From positions 1,674,001 to 1,738,000 of the forward strand of contig OZ038378.1 of NCBI GenBank assembly GCA_964036045.1: a stretch of DNA of 64,000 nucleotides, in the 5' to 3' direction. How positions within the stretch are numbered: position 1 is the first letter of the stretch; the number at the start of each line of letters is the position of its first letter. The stretch comes from Eutreptiella sp. 'Long Island Sound 2002' (lineage: Eukaryota; Protista; Euglenida). The notes beneath the pieces were generated by a model. The model was not told the origin of the DNA. It searched no databases and saw nothing but the letters and a program-made list of their open reading frames with translations. Both the position numbers and the translations under genes were made by a program. This document shows positions 23,501 to 35,155 of the stretch, piece by piece.

Positions 23501-25053
23501 CAAAGTGTTGTGGTGTGCTTTTGACGGCACAATGCACATGAACCTCATCCCCACCATCGCCTTGCGTAGCGGCCTCATTGGTTGCATGGGCAGCAACAGT
23601 CGTCCCGACATGAGCGGGAACGTGCTCCAAGGGGGATGACCGACCTGCCTCGTACAACCAGACAGTTGTGCCAATCCTAATCTGGTCTCTGCTGACAGTG
23701 GCATATTCTGCCTGAGGACTGCCTGTGACGGAAATCCGAGACCATCGATAGTGATGGCTGTGTGTCCGGAAGCAGTCCTGAAAGGATATTCTGTATGGTG
23801 GAGGCTTAATGAGGGTTGATGCGGGTCAAGGGGGGCTGTGGAAGGTGGCTGCGCTACAACGAGGGGTGTTGAGAATCCATAAGGGCTGAACGGGAGTAGT
23901 CGGACGTGGGTCCCCGACGCGGTCAGGAAACAAGTCCACCCCTATTCCTGCACTGTCTTTTGCGCTGCCCCCCCCCCCCCCCCGAGCGCAGAAACGTCGA
24001 AAGCCCAGTCAATCGTTGTGGGTTGTTGGATTCATGCAGTTCATGAGGGGGGCACTGTTGGCACACAACAAACCGGCACAACCCTCCCATTACCCACGCC
24101 AGTACAGCCCCGGTGCATTCCGTGTGTTCCCGTTGCACTCCGGTATACTGCCGTTACCCTCCTGTTGCACTTCGCCGCATTTCCGCGACAACTCTTGACT
24201 CGTGCTGTATTCCCCGTGACGGTTCGTTATGTTCCCGTCACACTTCGTAACAACCCCCGTCTGTTACCCCTGCGATGGGCGATCTTGTAAAGCTTGTGGA
24301 GAAGATCTACAGGGAGTATATCCCCGAATTGCTTGTTATCACACCAACTCCACGGGGCATGCCACGTTCTCAATCAACACAAACGGTGAACAACACGCAA
24401 TCAATATCAAAAGGTCGGTATTGTTTTTGAATGACGCAACCGTACGACCTTCCCTTTTTTTTTTTTTTGAAAATAAACGCGGATGCCTCAGTCTGAGCCG
24501 TCTGTCTAAAACGTTTTCACACAAAAACAAGCCTATGCAATACACACAGCATTCCCCATTAAACTATTTGGGAAAATGTTTGTATCCTTTCTGTCGCCAC
24601 TTTTGGGAAAGCCCTCCCTGTGGCCTTTATGGGTGGACCGACATCATGGCTCGCAGTTCATCCGCCCCTTCTGTACCTCCTCAACCTTCATCAACCCCCA
24701 CGGTCCCTACCCCAGTGCACCGGTTCTCAGGGGGTTCACCGCTGTGGATGGCCCCCGAGTGCCTCCGGGGCGAGCCCTTCACCGAGAGCTCGGATGTCTA
24801 CTCCTTCGGGGTGCTGATGTGGGAGATCATGGTCCGGGAGGTGCCGTGGGAGGACAAGGAGATGGTGCAGCTCGTGGGGCTGGTGGGCTTCAAGGGCGAG
24901 ACCCTTGAGATCCCGCGCGTCGCGGAGCACCCCGGGTGCCCCGAGGACTACGTGACCCTGATGCAGGACTGCTGGGCCCCGAACCCGTCGGACCGGCCGT
25001 CGTTCCGCGACCTCGTGCCCCTCTTCGAGGACATGGCGATCCATGTGAAGTAG
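12547..25053 (+). CDS. TKL/Raf-like Ser/Thr protein kinase with disordered N-terminus (exons ~12547-13149, ~13483-13552, 13716-13942, 20337-20640, 22132-22284, 24731-25053; ~559 aa)
   Basis: Motifs WLLKYEDL-GTGGFG, AVK, HRDLKSPN, DFG, GSPLWMAPE, SDVYSFG and RPSF are intact. The last four exons are GT-AG and phase-consistent. Boundaries of the first two exons are tentative. Confidence 0.9.
13483..13552 (+). CDS. Putative small kinase exon 2
   Basis: Needed to reconcile phase between exon 1 and the 13716 exon; AGAG|GTGGTC donor; acceptor is weak. Confidence 0.35.
13716..13942 (+). CDS. Kinase exon 3
   Basis: tcttgcag| acceptor and TTG|GTATGG donor; ends NWLLKYEDLEICEAL, which leads directly into the G-loop. 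Confidence 0.85.
16005..17294. mobile_element. ~409-bp direct repeats (16005-16413, 16886-17294) with TG tracts at their ends
   Basis: Offset 881 bp; only two mismatches seen; both outer ends abut (TG)n. Confidence 0.8.
17349..17470 (+). ncRNA. Hammerhead-like ribozyme motif A (type II order)
   Basis: GAAA 17373-17376, helix III AGG-TG-CCT, A17 at 17384, helix I GTGCAG.GCGGGACA / TGTTCTGC.T.TTGCAC, CTGACGA 17426-17432. Helix II is not canonical. Confidence 0.55.
17560..19349 (+). pseudogene. 5'-truncated Penelope-like reverse transcriptase (intact frame 18282-19349; disrupted upstream)
   Basis: Collinear VRIVDKG (~17790), ELDCKKQF (18225-18248, in frame past a TAG at 18267), IPMGGSFSAQHADL (~18510) and QSRDNIL (18663-18683), matching RT motifs A, B and C. 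No endonuclease seen. Confidence 0.7.
19368..19527. repeat. 160-bp segment identical to 20822-20981
   Basis: Same length and, by eye, identical sequence; both copies start in a short (TG)n. Confidence 0.9.
19585..19700 (+). ncRNA. Hammerhead-like ribozyme motif B (type II order) in the 3' end of the RT element
   Basis: GAAA 19599-19602, helix III AGG-CA-CCT, A17 at 19610, helix I GCTGA.C.ATG / CAT.TCGGC, CTGACGA 19654-19660. Confidence 0.55.
20337..20640 (+). CDS. Kinase exon 4 (subdomains I-VIa)
   Basis: Encodes GTGGFGVVHKG...AVK...EVKMLSSLRHEHIVLFRGA; GAG|GTTTGC donor. Confidence 0.95.
22132..22284 (+). CDS. Kinase exon 5 (catalytic loop, DFG)
   Basis: Encodes GMNYLH...HRDLKSPNVLV...DFGMSR; G|GTATGC donor. 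Confidence 0.95.
23555..23645 (-). pseudogene. RNase H-like retroelement remnant
   Basis: PLEHVPAHVG...NEAA resembles the RNase H hxWVPAHxG..NExAD motif. Confidence 0.4.
24731..25053 (+). CDS. Kinase exon 6 (APE to C-terminus)
   Basis: Encodes GSPLWMAPECLRGEPFTESSDVYSFG...DRPSF; TAG at 25051-25053. Confidence 0.95.
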
Positions 25054-25965
25054 GAGCCGGAGGAGTCCGCCTTTCGGAGTGAGTGGGGGGTCTCCTTTGG
25101 GGAAAGGCCGTCCACTCCTCCGTTGCAGTTGCCGTGCGGCGGACGGCGGTTGTCGGTTGATTGGCGGCGTTCAACCGACGGGTCTCGTGGGCAACCGATT
25201 GTCGCTTGTCGATGGGACGCTGCAGCCACTGTGTTCTGCCTGTTTTACAAACTGCCCGGCTGCAGATGGTGGGGAGGGCTCACAAGCCATACCTGATGGT
25301 CCAACCCCCTGCCGCTGTACCATGCAGTACCCCCCCCCATCGTATCGTCTCCTAACCGATCTATCCGATGACCTCATGCCCCTCCCGTCGCGTCGCCCGT
25401 GCCGGCCCCGCGTGCCCCGTCCCCTCCGGACGTGGGCCACGCGGTGCTGCTGATTGCATACCAGCCGTGACCTTCCGCACAGTTTGCTTCTCCTTCATTC
25501 GGAACCCACCACCCAGACCCTGCACCCCAGCCTACTCCGCTGAAGTGTAGTGTCCATTGTGTTGTCAAGGGGGGTGTCAGGGGTAGTTTAGGGGGTAGTG
25601 TTCGGGCACTTGCAAGGGGCAAGTTTGAAGGTTTCCGGTGTCGGGGTAGTGTCAGGGGAAATGTCGGGTCAGGTACGGGGCGAGGGGCGGCTATTGTCGG
25701 CGGGGAGTGTGGGGGTTTAGTGTCAGTGCTGGGGGGACGTGACCGGGGTGGTGTCGGGGGTGGCGTCAGGAGGTAGGGCACCGGCTTGACGGCCCTGGCG
25801 CGCCAGATACTTAGCATGTGCGCAAGGTGAGCCACAGGCGCTGATTGGTTGTAGGTATCTGGCCGCCCTGTCACATTTTCGGCATTGGACACTGTTTTGC
25901 GGCCTAATGGTGTGCCGCTGGGACCTTTTCCATGGGATTCTGTTAACCTTCACGGGCCTTCCTCT

Positions 25966-26027
25966 TTGTTGTTGTTATTAATGTTGTTGTTGTTATCTTC
26001 GTTGTCATCGTTGTTGTTATTGTTGTC

Positions 26028-26107
<80 letters not shown>

Positions 26108-26144
26108 CGTTGTTGTTGTCGTTGTTGTCATCATCGTTGTCGTT
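25966..26144. repeat. (TTG)n microsatellite
   Basis: About 60 degenerate TTG/TCG units. Confidence 0.95.
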
Positions 26145-28039
26145 CACTCTTCGACCCGGGAGGTATCCCGCACCCGCCATATTAGGGCCCATGGCATCAC
26201 GTCGTATCCCACCCTTGTGCCTCCGTCTGCATTTCAGTTGCACCTTTGGTCTCTGTGTTGGGGTGCCCTCGGGTGGCAGAAGCGTGTACTCAGTGGCTGA
26301 AGGGTTGTTTCGAAGTAGCAGTGCTGGGCCGAGCTCTTGTTCCGTATCGTCGCATATAAAGGTGCAGTTGCCGCCCCAACGTTTTTTGATGACGGATTTT
26401 GTGACAACGTGACAAAGCTTCTCCACCACTAATCCTGCAGCAAGAACCCACTGAGTGCAGCCGCTGCATACGAAGTGCAGTTGTCAGGTACAATTCGGGT
26501 CACATGGCTTCGTGCAGTCTCGTAAAATGCGCACTGAAGTGCACAGAGGGTGGTGGAATGCATGGCGTCCAAATGCAGAATGGGCCTCAAACGCTTCTTG
26601 CAGCCAAGTGCCAAGTACGCCGATTCAGCAGCAATGATCCCTGTTATGGCATCAGGCATGGGGCATCCTGGTGGCCCAAGGCCACGACTGATGATGTGCA
26701 CAGGGATTGCCCCAGCGCCGCCGTGTGCTGCTGGTCGCGGACATCCGACAACTGTGCACAACAAGGGCGCCCGGCTTTGTGGGACGCCAGTATTGTGGGG
26801 GTCTGGACAGATCAGGACTGGTGTCTGTCAGCCTGCCATTTAGTGCGCAAGGGCGCCTGTGTGCGTTCTCTGATGCTTCTGTGTGCGCACACAACACTGC
26901 AGTGGATTCCTGTCATCGGATGGCCGTGTGCCAGCCCCGCCATGGCTGCACATGGGCTGCCTCATGAATGTCACAGCGTGCGCACGCACGCGCACACACA
27001 AAATGCCATGGAATCCACCTCCATCCCCCCCCCCCATTGCCCCTGTTCGGGACTCCCGTTCAGAGGCAGGTCCAAGACTCCTTTTCCAAAGGGAGTCGCA
27101 CTGGCCCCTAATATTAACTGAGAGCAGGGCCTCGAAGTTGTAAAATCGCTCTTTCTACTCAGTGGGCGGGCGAGTTGAGCCGTGAGGAGGGCAACGGGCA
27201 CACACAGGAGCACGGCTTGCGGGGGTGGTCTCAGACAGATAGCTATGTTTGTGGACAGGGCACATGGCCTACTTGGTTGGGGGTGCGCACCTAGGTACTG
27301 AGCGAGCGCCAGGTTGCTGCGGTGTGTTCGCCTGGAGGGGGCTTCTTTGTGGGGCGAGGGGGTGGCTGCCACCTCTGTGCACCCCCTTGCGGTCAACAAC
27401 CCCGTGGTTGCTGGTGGAGCCTTCGCACCTGGGCACTCCCCGCAAGGAGTGATCAGGTTAGTGCTGCCACACGGGACGGTGGGCGAGGGTGAGTGTTGCG
27501 GGTGGGTGGGGGGGGTTCAGAGTGGTGACCCCAAGTAGCCTTGCAAGGGTGTCGGTCTCTGGCCGATGAGTGGCCATGTGCGGCAGCAACCACCCTCCCA
27601 TCACCGCTTGGGGGCCCGATGGAATGAACCGTACATCGTCTCGGCGCACATTTCGGCTTGGCGTACATTTCGGCTTGGTGTACATTCGGCCGGCCGATTG
27701 GGCCCGCCGAATGTACGGCCGTAGATTCGGCTAGCAGAAGAGACGGTCTAATCCATCACCCCCACTTGTAGACCCCCCCCCCAATCAACATTTCGCCTTG
27801 CCCCTCATGACCCAGACCTCTAGTGGTTAGGGAGGGCAGCAATAAATACCTGCTTCAGGGTGGGGTCCCAAAAAGATGTGCTGAATACCGTTCACGCCAT
27901 AGCAAATGGTAAACTAAACGAGGTACTGAAGCGGTACCCAGGGCCCCAAGGCATCCCATGTTCCTTGGGAACTCTCCATGTTCCCACCAAGTTATGAGTT
28001 ACTAGGTTTTTCGCAGTAACTAGCAGCCTGAGCTAGGAG

Positions 28040-28083
28040 TTAGGGGTTGGGAGTTAGGGTTAGCGGAAGGGTTAGGGTTAGGG
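28040..28083. repeat. Interstitial telomere-like (TTAGGG)n motifs
   Basis: gttagggttagcggaagggttagggttaggg; similar short motifs at 6535-6545, 6600-6610 and ~29340. Confidence 0.7.
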
Positions 28084-28689
28084 TCACCGAGCTGGTGGAA
28101 CCAGTCTTGGTTTTATAACCCTCTTTAGTCTCTAGGGTGGACCTAACAAGTTTAGCAAGCAAGTAGCAAGTAGCAAGCACACGCAAAATGGGGAACAATC
28201 ACAGCTCCGTCGTGGTGCTTCAGATTCAGCCAAAATTTTGGTGCATGCTACCTATGGGTGTAAGGGACAACCACACAAAGTATGAGCCAGAAACTCAACG
28301 CTGGCGTTCGGGAACGGGTGTCGCAAGTGCCGGACCTCCATTTCGAAATCTGCAATGTAGGGCCAAAATCAGCCTTTTTTTGCCCAAAACCACCCTAGAA
28401 CCTGCTGAAAATGGCCAAATGAAAGGAAATAGTGGCTACTCTACACATGCAGCTAGACTTCCCCGTGCCGAAGGGCCCTCTAGGGCCCTCTAACTCCACA
28501 ATATGTCCGCGATTTTGAGCGCACCTAATCCACCCGCAACCACCCACTTTTGGTGGTTTCCACCCCTTAAAATTACCCCAACCGACGCCTAGACCCCCGT
28601 ACCTAGGCCCAGTGGGCTGCGGCAAGCTGCAAGAGGTAGCCCAAAGAGGTGGGTGCCAAAATGGGTCAACAAGGTCCACCGGGTGCAAA

Positions 28690-29240
28690 AGAAAAGGCTT
28701 TTTTCAAAAATGATTTTGGACCACATGGAATGCCAAAACAAGTGTTTTTGGCGCGTTTTGAGCTCATTGTGGCCCGTTGTGGCCCTCCTAAAATCCCATT
28801 ACCCCTTGAAAATGGGGTGTTTTGGGACAAAAAATTGGTCAGATTTGGGTCAAAAATGTGTTTTTCCACAACCAATCCTAGACCTTTGGGGGTGCCTCAA
28901 CAAGTGGAATGACCCCATTTTGAGCCCATTGCAAGCCATTTTGGCCCCTCCAAAGTCACAAAGTGCCTTGGAAATGGGTTGTTTTGGGACTAAAAATCAG
29001 TCAAAAATGGATAAAAAATGTGTTTTTCCCAAGATACTTTTTGATTATTTGGGTTGCACAAACAAGTGGAATGGTCCCATTTTGAGCCCATGTTGAGCAA
29101 TTTTGGCCCCTCTCAAGGCCAAAAGGGCCTTGAAAATGGGCCACTTTGGGACGACAAATGGCTCAAAAACGGGTCAAAACCATGGTTTTCAAAAAATGAT
29201 CCTAGTCTAGTTGTGGTGCCCAAATGGATGAATACGGCTC
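28690..29240. repeat. 162-bp degenerate tandem satellite (~3.4 units)
   Basis: TTTTGAGC anchors at 28756, 28918 and 29080. Confidence 0.85.
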
Positions 29241-30891
29241 ATCCATCATCCACTTTCCAGTGTGTACCCCATTTGTCGTTGAAGTCTCCTAGACCATATT
29301 CCTTCCCCCACCAGCTCAGTCCCAATATTCAAGCCTGGTTAGGGTTGCTATTTGGGTTGTGGGTTGGGGTTAGATGGGGGTGCGGCTGATGGATTAAATT
29401 GTACATTCAGCCGGCCGCCCAGTCGGTTGGATAGGGTTCATGGAATAAGCCGTACATTCAGCCATCTGAATGGAAGCCGAGCTAAAATGTACACTGAGCC
29501 GAGGTGTACACTGAGGTCCATGTACGATTTATGGCCGCGAGCTCCGCTTGGGCGAGGTGGAGTTGTACACACGGGCACCGAGCTCTTCGGTCCAGGTCTT
29601 CAAGGTGTCATGGAACTGCTTCCATATTGGTAAGGGTTAAGTACCCCGTCCCATCATGGCGATCCACTCGGAACGTGGACGAGGAGAAGGGCCCTAGTTG
29701 TTCCCTGTGAGCCCAGCCCCTGCAGCGTAGGTAGCCGCACTTGGAGCCCATGACCATTTTGCCTTGATAGCTGCAGATGGGGCATGCTTGTGTTGCGGTG
29801 TGTGGCGCCTATCAACACAATCTGTGTCCCCACATGGGGCCCAGTCTGTGTCCCCGCATGGGGCCCATGCACAGGTCCACAGTTGCGCAACATCCTTCCG
29901 TGCGGGTTGCCAGCTCTGCGTACCACACAATAGGTGGGCGGCTGACCCAGGTCTCAGGACGAGGGGTTTGTGTTGGGCGAATAATTTCGGAGAACGGAAG
30001 AGAGGGTTTTCTCCATGGGGGACCCGGAATGTGTAGAGGCGGCGGGAGGGCTCTTTTTCACAACGCGGTGCCACTGGGGGTGGTGGTGGTGGGGGTGGTG
30101 GTGCGGGTCCCCCCTGCCCGGACCCCCCCTCCCCCCTTTAAAAGAATGAGCCAAATTTTTTCCGGGCCTTCAGCCGATCAAACTTTTCTTTGTCACCAAT
30201 TAGTTCAGACCAAAAATTTTCTTCGGCGCCTTCGGCACCTCTAAAACTCAGCACCACTGGGGGGGGGAGGGGAGATGGACCCATCCCCCCAACCCCCCTT
30301 GGACCCACCCCCCCTTGAAAGGAGCCTTGGGCAGCAGTCAAGGCGTACCTACCACCCGTTGTGCTGCAGGGAGGGGCGGGGGGGGGGGGGGGGGGGCAAC
30401 AACTCATTGTACAGGGGCTGGATCCCCCTGTGGACGAGATGCATGGTCCATGTGCCCCGAGTGAATGCACGCTGATAGTTTAAGGGAAACTGAGCAGCTT
30501 GCTCCCAGGGGACCCAGTACTAGGCCTTGAGGACAAATAGGGTACACTGTGCTGCCCCTGAGAGGAAAAGGCGGCGGCCCTCCTTAATATGAGGTGGCAT
30601 GGCGGAAGTCATGGGGTCTCCAGTGCAGGTGGCTGGGCTTTTGAATCCAGTCAGCGCTGGAGGCTGGCAACTGCGGCTTGGTTCCTGTCTGCCAGTCCAA
30701 AGATGGGTCAAGGGTGGCCTGAACCACAAGGGCATGCTACCCATGAGCAACAGATGGGCTTGGAATTAGATGAGCAGGTTAAGGAACCTATCGCTGTCAA
30801 AATCGGGAGGGCGCACTTGGCACTCTAACGGTTTGGACGCCAAAAGGCATGTGCTGTCCCATGTCCCATATCAAACCCCAGCACGCACACA

Positions 30892-30929
<38 letters not shown>

Positions 30930-33742
30930 TGGAGCTGTAGAGAAGTGGTGTGACAGCCAACGCTATTGAGTGGCTTGAATGATGCTTGGGCGTCTCGCAC
31001 GCACACTCGCTCATCGGCAGCAACCTGATAATTGGTGCCCGACCCCAAATGCTTCTTCGCCTATTGCAACAACCATCAACCAACCACATTCACGCTGCTC
31101 CGTGCAGCCTCTTCTTGGGGGCTGTGCGACCCCCCCCCCCCCACACCACACACATGCTGGGCACCCCCGCCGCCCCACAATCTCGCCTGGGCCACGCGAC
31201 CGCACACGTGCGGCAAGAGTACGCACCCCAGGGGGGAGGGAACGCCGTCGAAGAAGCGGCACAGAGCGCAGCGGCTGCAGTCGCCTGAGGCCGTCAGGGA
31301 GCGGGCCTACAAGAGGGGGAGGGTGGAGCGCCTCCCCCCCCCCCCCCCGCCAAGAGGGCATGCATGCGGCTGCAGGGAGTGGCACGGCACGGACGTCCAG
31401 GGACCGAGGTCACATAAACCCCCACACCCCAGATGTTCTGACCCAGGCGAGGCCCCCAGCTGCGACCCAGACAGGCACCAGACAGGAACGCTGTCAGGCC
31501 CTCAGGCTGAATGAATGCAGACCTGTAATTCATACTCGGCCCACAGGTGACCACGGGGGCCCTGGACCCATGCGGGTCTCCCTCTTTAATCTTGTTCTTT
31601 CCCACACACCACGCACACACACACACACACACACACACATAGCCGAGGACGTCGCCCGCCCGCTTTTTCTGAGGAGGCATGGGAGAGCAGACACTCTGGA
31701 TACTTAACCAGCCAACTACAGAGGTTCTGATTCCGCAGAAGGGGGGGGTCCAACGTTCCACAGAGGCCTCAGCAGACCTGAGCCAAATGGGGCGTCCTGC
31801 CCAGCACTGCACAAGGATCTACCTCTCAAAATACAGATCACACACACACACACACACACACACATGTGGCCGATGCAATGGTGTATTCGCGACAGTCCCC
31901 GGTATTTTATCCCCTTGTCCACGCTCAACGTAGCGAACAGGGAGTGCTGCAGAGACGAATCCCTGGCTCTCACCCACCTGAGGCATGGAGGCACAGGAGG
32001 CAGGACGTTTGTAATTGCACCGTGTTCCCACTTCATTTTTTTTTTTTGGACAGCGGGTGGAATTCCTTTCCCACCCGCTGCCCCGGTCATGCGAATGTCC
32101 CCAGCCAACCGAAACTTTGCATGGGGTAACCGACTTTTGGCCCATCCCAGTCTGCTCACAGGGTCTGGCCACAGCCTGGTCAACCGCCTGTTCTGCCCGG
32201 CCTATCGACGTCCTTCCCGATCCGCCGGATTCTTGTGCTGGCCCACCGGCTTTCTACCCAGCCAACTGACTTCTTGCTCTGCCACCCGCCGTTTTTGCCA
32301 TGCCCACAATTCACATCCAGGAGAATTCCTGCAGCGCCCGCAGGGCAGACTGCGGCCACGAGTGTTTGTGAGCGGTGCGGACAACGACTCGTTTACGACT
32401 GCGTTGGCCACACTGTACTGTACAGCTTTGTTTTCAGTTAAGCCGCTCGAGCCCAGACCCCACCCACGCACCCCACATTGTCTTGAAGCAGTCTTCAGGC
32501 TGCACAGCACTGTCCTGCCGATCACAACTGATAGGGATTGGACGTACATTGCCGAGTCAGTTGATTTTGTTGTGGCCTGCAGCGATTGCTGTAAACAGCC
32601 TGCTGCAGTGGGGGTGTTCCTGGCTGCAGTGCAGAATGTACCACAATCCTGACAAGTTGACCCCCTCACCCCCATCCCCGCCGCCCGTCCACTGCCCTCG
32701 AGCAGCGATAGCCCCGTCCCGCTTGAACCCCCTGCCTATGTGGCACTACGGCCACGATTCGCTCACCCATCGCTGTGTCGGGGGCGACGGCTGTGAATCG
32801 ATGGTGCACTGAGCTCTGTTCTCACTGCCTTGAATTGCTCCCGCCCTTCAGGATTGGGGGGGGCGGCGCGAGGCGGGCGGCGTCGGTAAAGACGCCCGGC
32901 GTGGCGGGGTTCTGACTCAAAATTCGCAGACCGCACCCGACAAACGGCGCATTCACCAGGGCCCTTGCACGCGCGCCGTTCCGTGGGCGGGGGGTGGGTG
33001 GGTTTGGGGGGGGGTGAACCACGAAGGCCTCTCTGCTGTGACCCGTGGTCGCCCCGCATGGAGACTCAGCAGCACGTGCAACCCGACCGAACTCACGTTG
33101 TGGCCATCTCATGTGGCGCTCCTCACCTGTGAACCATGAAGGCGTTGCCCGTGATGCGCTTGAAGGGGACAGTGGGGCTTCAAAGGGGTTGCAAGAGTGA
33201 GGAATGGCAATAGCGACTACCGGTGGTTTAGAAACGGTTGGACGGCAGTTTCTTTCGGTTGCAAACCGGTTGGGGGCCGTTGGGGGCGGACAGACGCGTT
33301 TGGCAGGGCTGACTGTCCACCCGAAAAGGCTCGCCCCTTTCAAGCGCAAGCCTGGACATTGCCATTGACCTTCTTCCTGTGCCATTGCCCTTGAGTGAAG
33401 GCTTGAGCTTCGCTCTCCCGTTCCACTCAAAGTACCCACTGGAGCGGCTGCGCTGCCTACTTCCAGCTGACCAGTGCGATGCGTGCCCTGCCTTCCTTTG
33501 GTCCCCCTTGCAGTGCATGTGGTGTGGGGCGTAGTGCACGGGATAGCACAGTCATTGGTAGGATCATCGCACAACTGGACAGCTCTGACTGAACCTTGAT
33601 CCCGAGAAGTTATCTCAGGCACCATTCAGTGAGCAGGCTACGCCAGCTCATTTCGGTCTCCCCCCCCTCCAAAAGAAAAAACATGGTAAGAAGGTAGCAT
33701 GGGGTGTAGTGCATTGTAGGGAAGGTATTGCGGGGGTGTTGT

Positions 33743-33894
33743 AGTGAACAGAGACAGCTCCCCAGGTAAAGCTGGAACACATGCCAAATGTGGAGCCCTC
33801 GTTTTTACTATATGCCCTACTTCTTGAACCAGGCGGTTGCCTGAGAGCTCACATTACACTCTTTGAACTTGTTGAGCCTGAGGGAAAAAAAAAA
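33743..33894 (+). mobile_element. 152-bp poly(A)-tailed retroposed insertion
   Basis: 22-bp TSD GAAGGTATTGCGGGGGTGTTGT at 33721-33742 and 33895-33916; A10 immediately before the second copy. Confidence 0.75.
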
Positions 33895-34278
33895 GAAGGT
33901 ATTGCGGGGGTGTTGTCCCCCGGGGGGGGGGCGACTCCGCGGGTCCTAGGACGCCAACTACCCCCCCCCCCCCCCTAGGGGCCTCCGGCCGACAGTTAGT
34001 TGTCAAAGGTATGAGCCCAAGGAGCCAACGGGCGCCGAAGGCGCCCTGGCGCCGAAGGCGCCCAACGGGGTTATGTAGCCATCTTGCCCACTTGTGGGCC
34101 TTTTTCTGATTCTGCCCCCCGCTCTGAGGCGGTGGGGATCCCCTAGGCGGCAGGGGTTATGTAGCCACCTTGCCCACAAGTGGGCCAATTCTGATTCTGC
34201 CCCCCAACTCTATAGCGGTGGGGATCCCCGAGACGACAGGGGTGACGTAGCCAGTTTGCCCACAGGTGGGCCAATTCT

Positions 34279-34620
34279 GTCCGGTGCTATTGAGGAAACC
34301 GGGACAATCTTTGAATCCACGCTTCGTTGCGTGGTGCATCAGGGTGCCCCCCCGGCGTAGGTTTTGAGTTCTGATTTTGTTCCCTTTGTTGGGGACCCCC
34401 GAGAATGCAGGGGTGATGTAGCATTTCCGCCCTCTTCTGGGCCCCAACCGTCCGGTGCTATTGAGGAAACCGGGACAATCTTTGAATCCACGCTTCGTTG
34501 CGTGGTGCATCAGGGTGCCCCCCCGGCGTAGGTTTTGAGTTCTGATTTTGTTCCCTTTGTTGGGGACCCCCGAGAATGCAGGGGTGATGTAGCATTTCCG
34601 CCCTCTTCTGGGCCCCAACC
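34279..34620. repeat. 171-bp tandem duplication
   Basis: 34279-34449 repeated at 34450-34620, apparently exact. Confidence 0.9.
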
Positions 34621-35155
34621 ATCATGGTGAGATGTAGCCAATTCGCCGGACCCGGCACTTGAAGATCCCTGCCTCGAGCTTTCATACCCCGGCTCGAGGA
34701 GGAGGCAATCAGGGGCTTGGAGATCCCTGCCTCGAGCTTTTCCCCGGCTCGAGAAGGAGGCAAAAAGGGGCTTTCTTTCTTCCTTTCCTTTCTCGTAGGC
34801 GTAGGCGTAGGCAGGGGTGACGTAGCCACCTTGCCCACAAGTGGGCCACTTCTGATTGTTGCGTCTGTTGCGTCGCGATTTTCCGCATTTTCTTAGGTAA
34901 GCGCGTCAAGGGGCGGTTCCCTTTGCAAAAAGTCATTCAGCCACCACCGTGCCCAAACCCAAACCCGTGTGTGCCGAAACCTAAACCAACACAACTGCAC
35001 TCGCCGCAGAGCGATGGGAGTAGGCACCCGGGAAAGCATTCGCCGCAGAGCGACGGGAGTAGGCACGGTGTGGCTGGCGAGGCGGCTAAAGTATCGTTGC
35101 ACAAAGATGTCTTTTCCGCTGGTGCTACCTCATCTTTCCGTTTTGTTTAGTAGAC

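Larger units (their letters stand above)
27627..29530. mobile_element. ~1.9-kb element with degenerate long inverted ends (GTACATT/AATGTAC motifs)
   Basis: Tandem TACATTTCGGCTTGG motifs at left are mirrored by AGCCGA..ATGTAC motifs at right. No clear TSD. Confidence 0.45.

Noticed and set aside
25885-26412. Poly-Leu membrane protein and poly-Thr ORFs
   Set aside because: Frames through the (TTG)n microsatellite.
26500-27330. Second copy of the Penelope-like RT (FSAQ and LLSG fragments)
   Set aside because: Similarity is limited to 4-residue matches in broken frames and cannot be supported without alignment.
28040-28083. Chromosome end or telomere fusion
   Set aside because: Only a few degenerate TTAGGG units, embedded in a repeat element.
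34068-34860. CRISPR-like repeat-spacer array
   Set aside because: Repeats are degenerate and irregularly spaced, there are no cas genes, and the context is a eukaryotic transposon.
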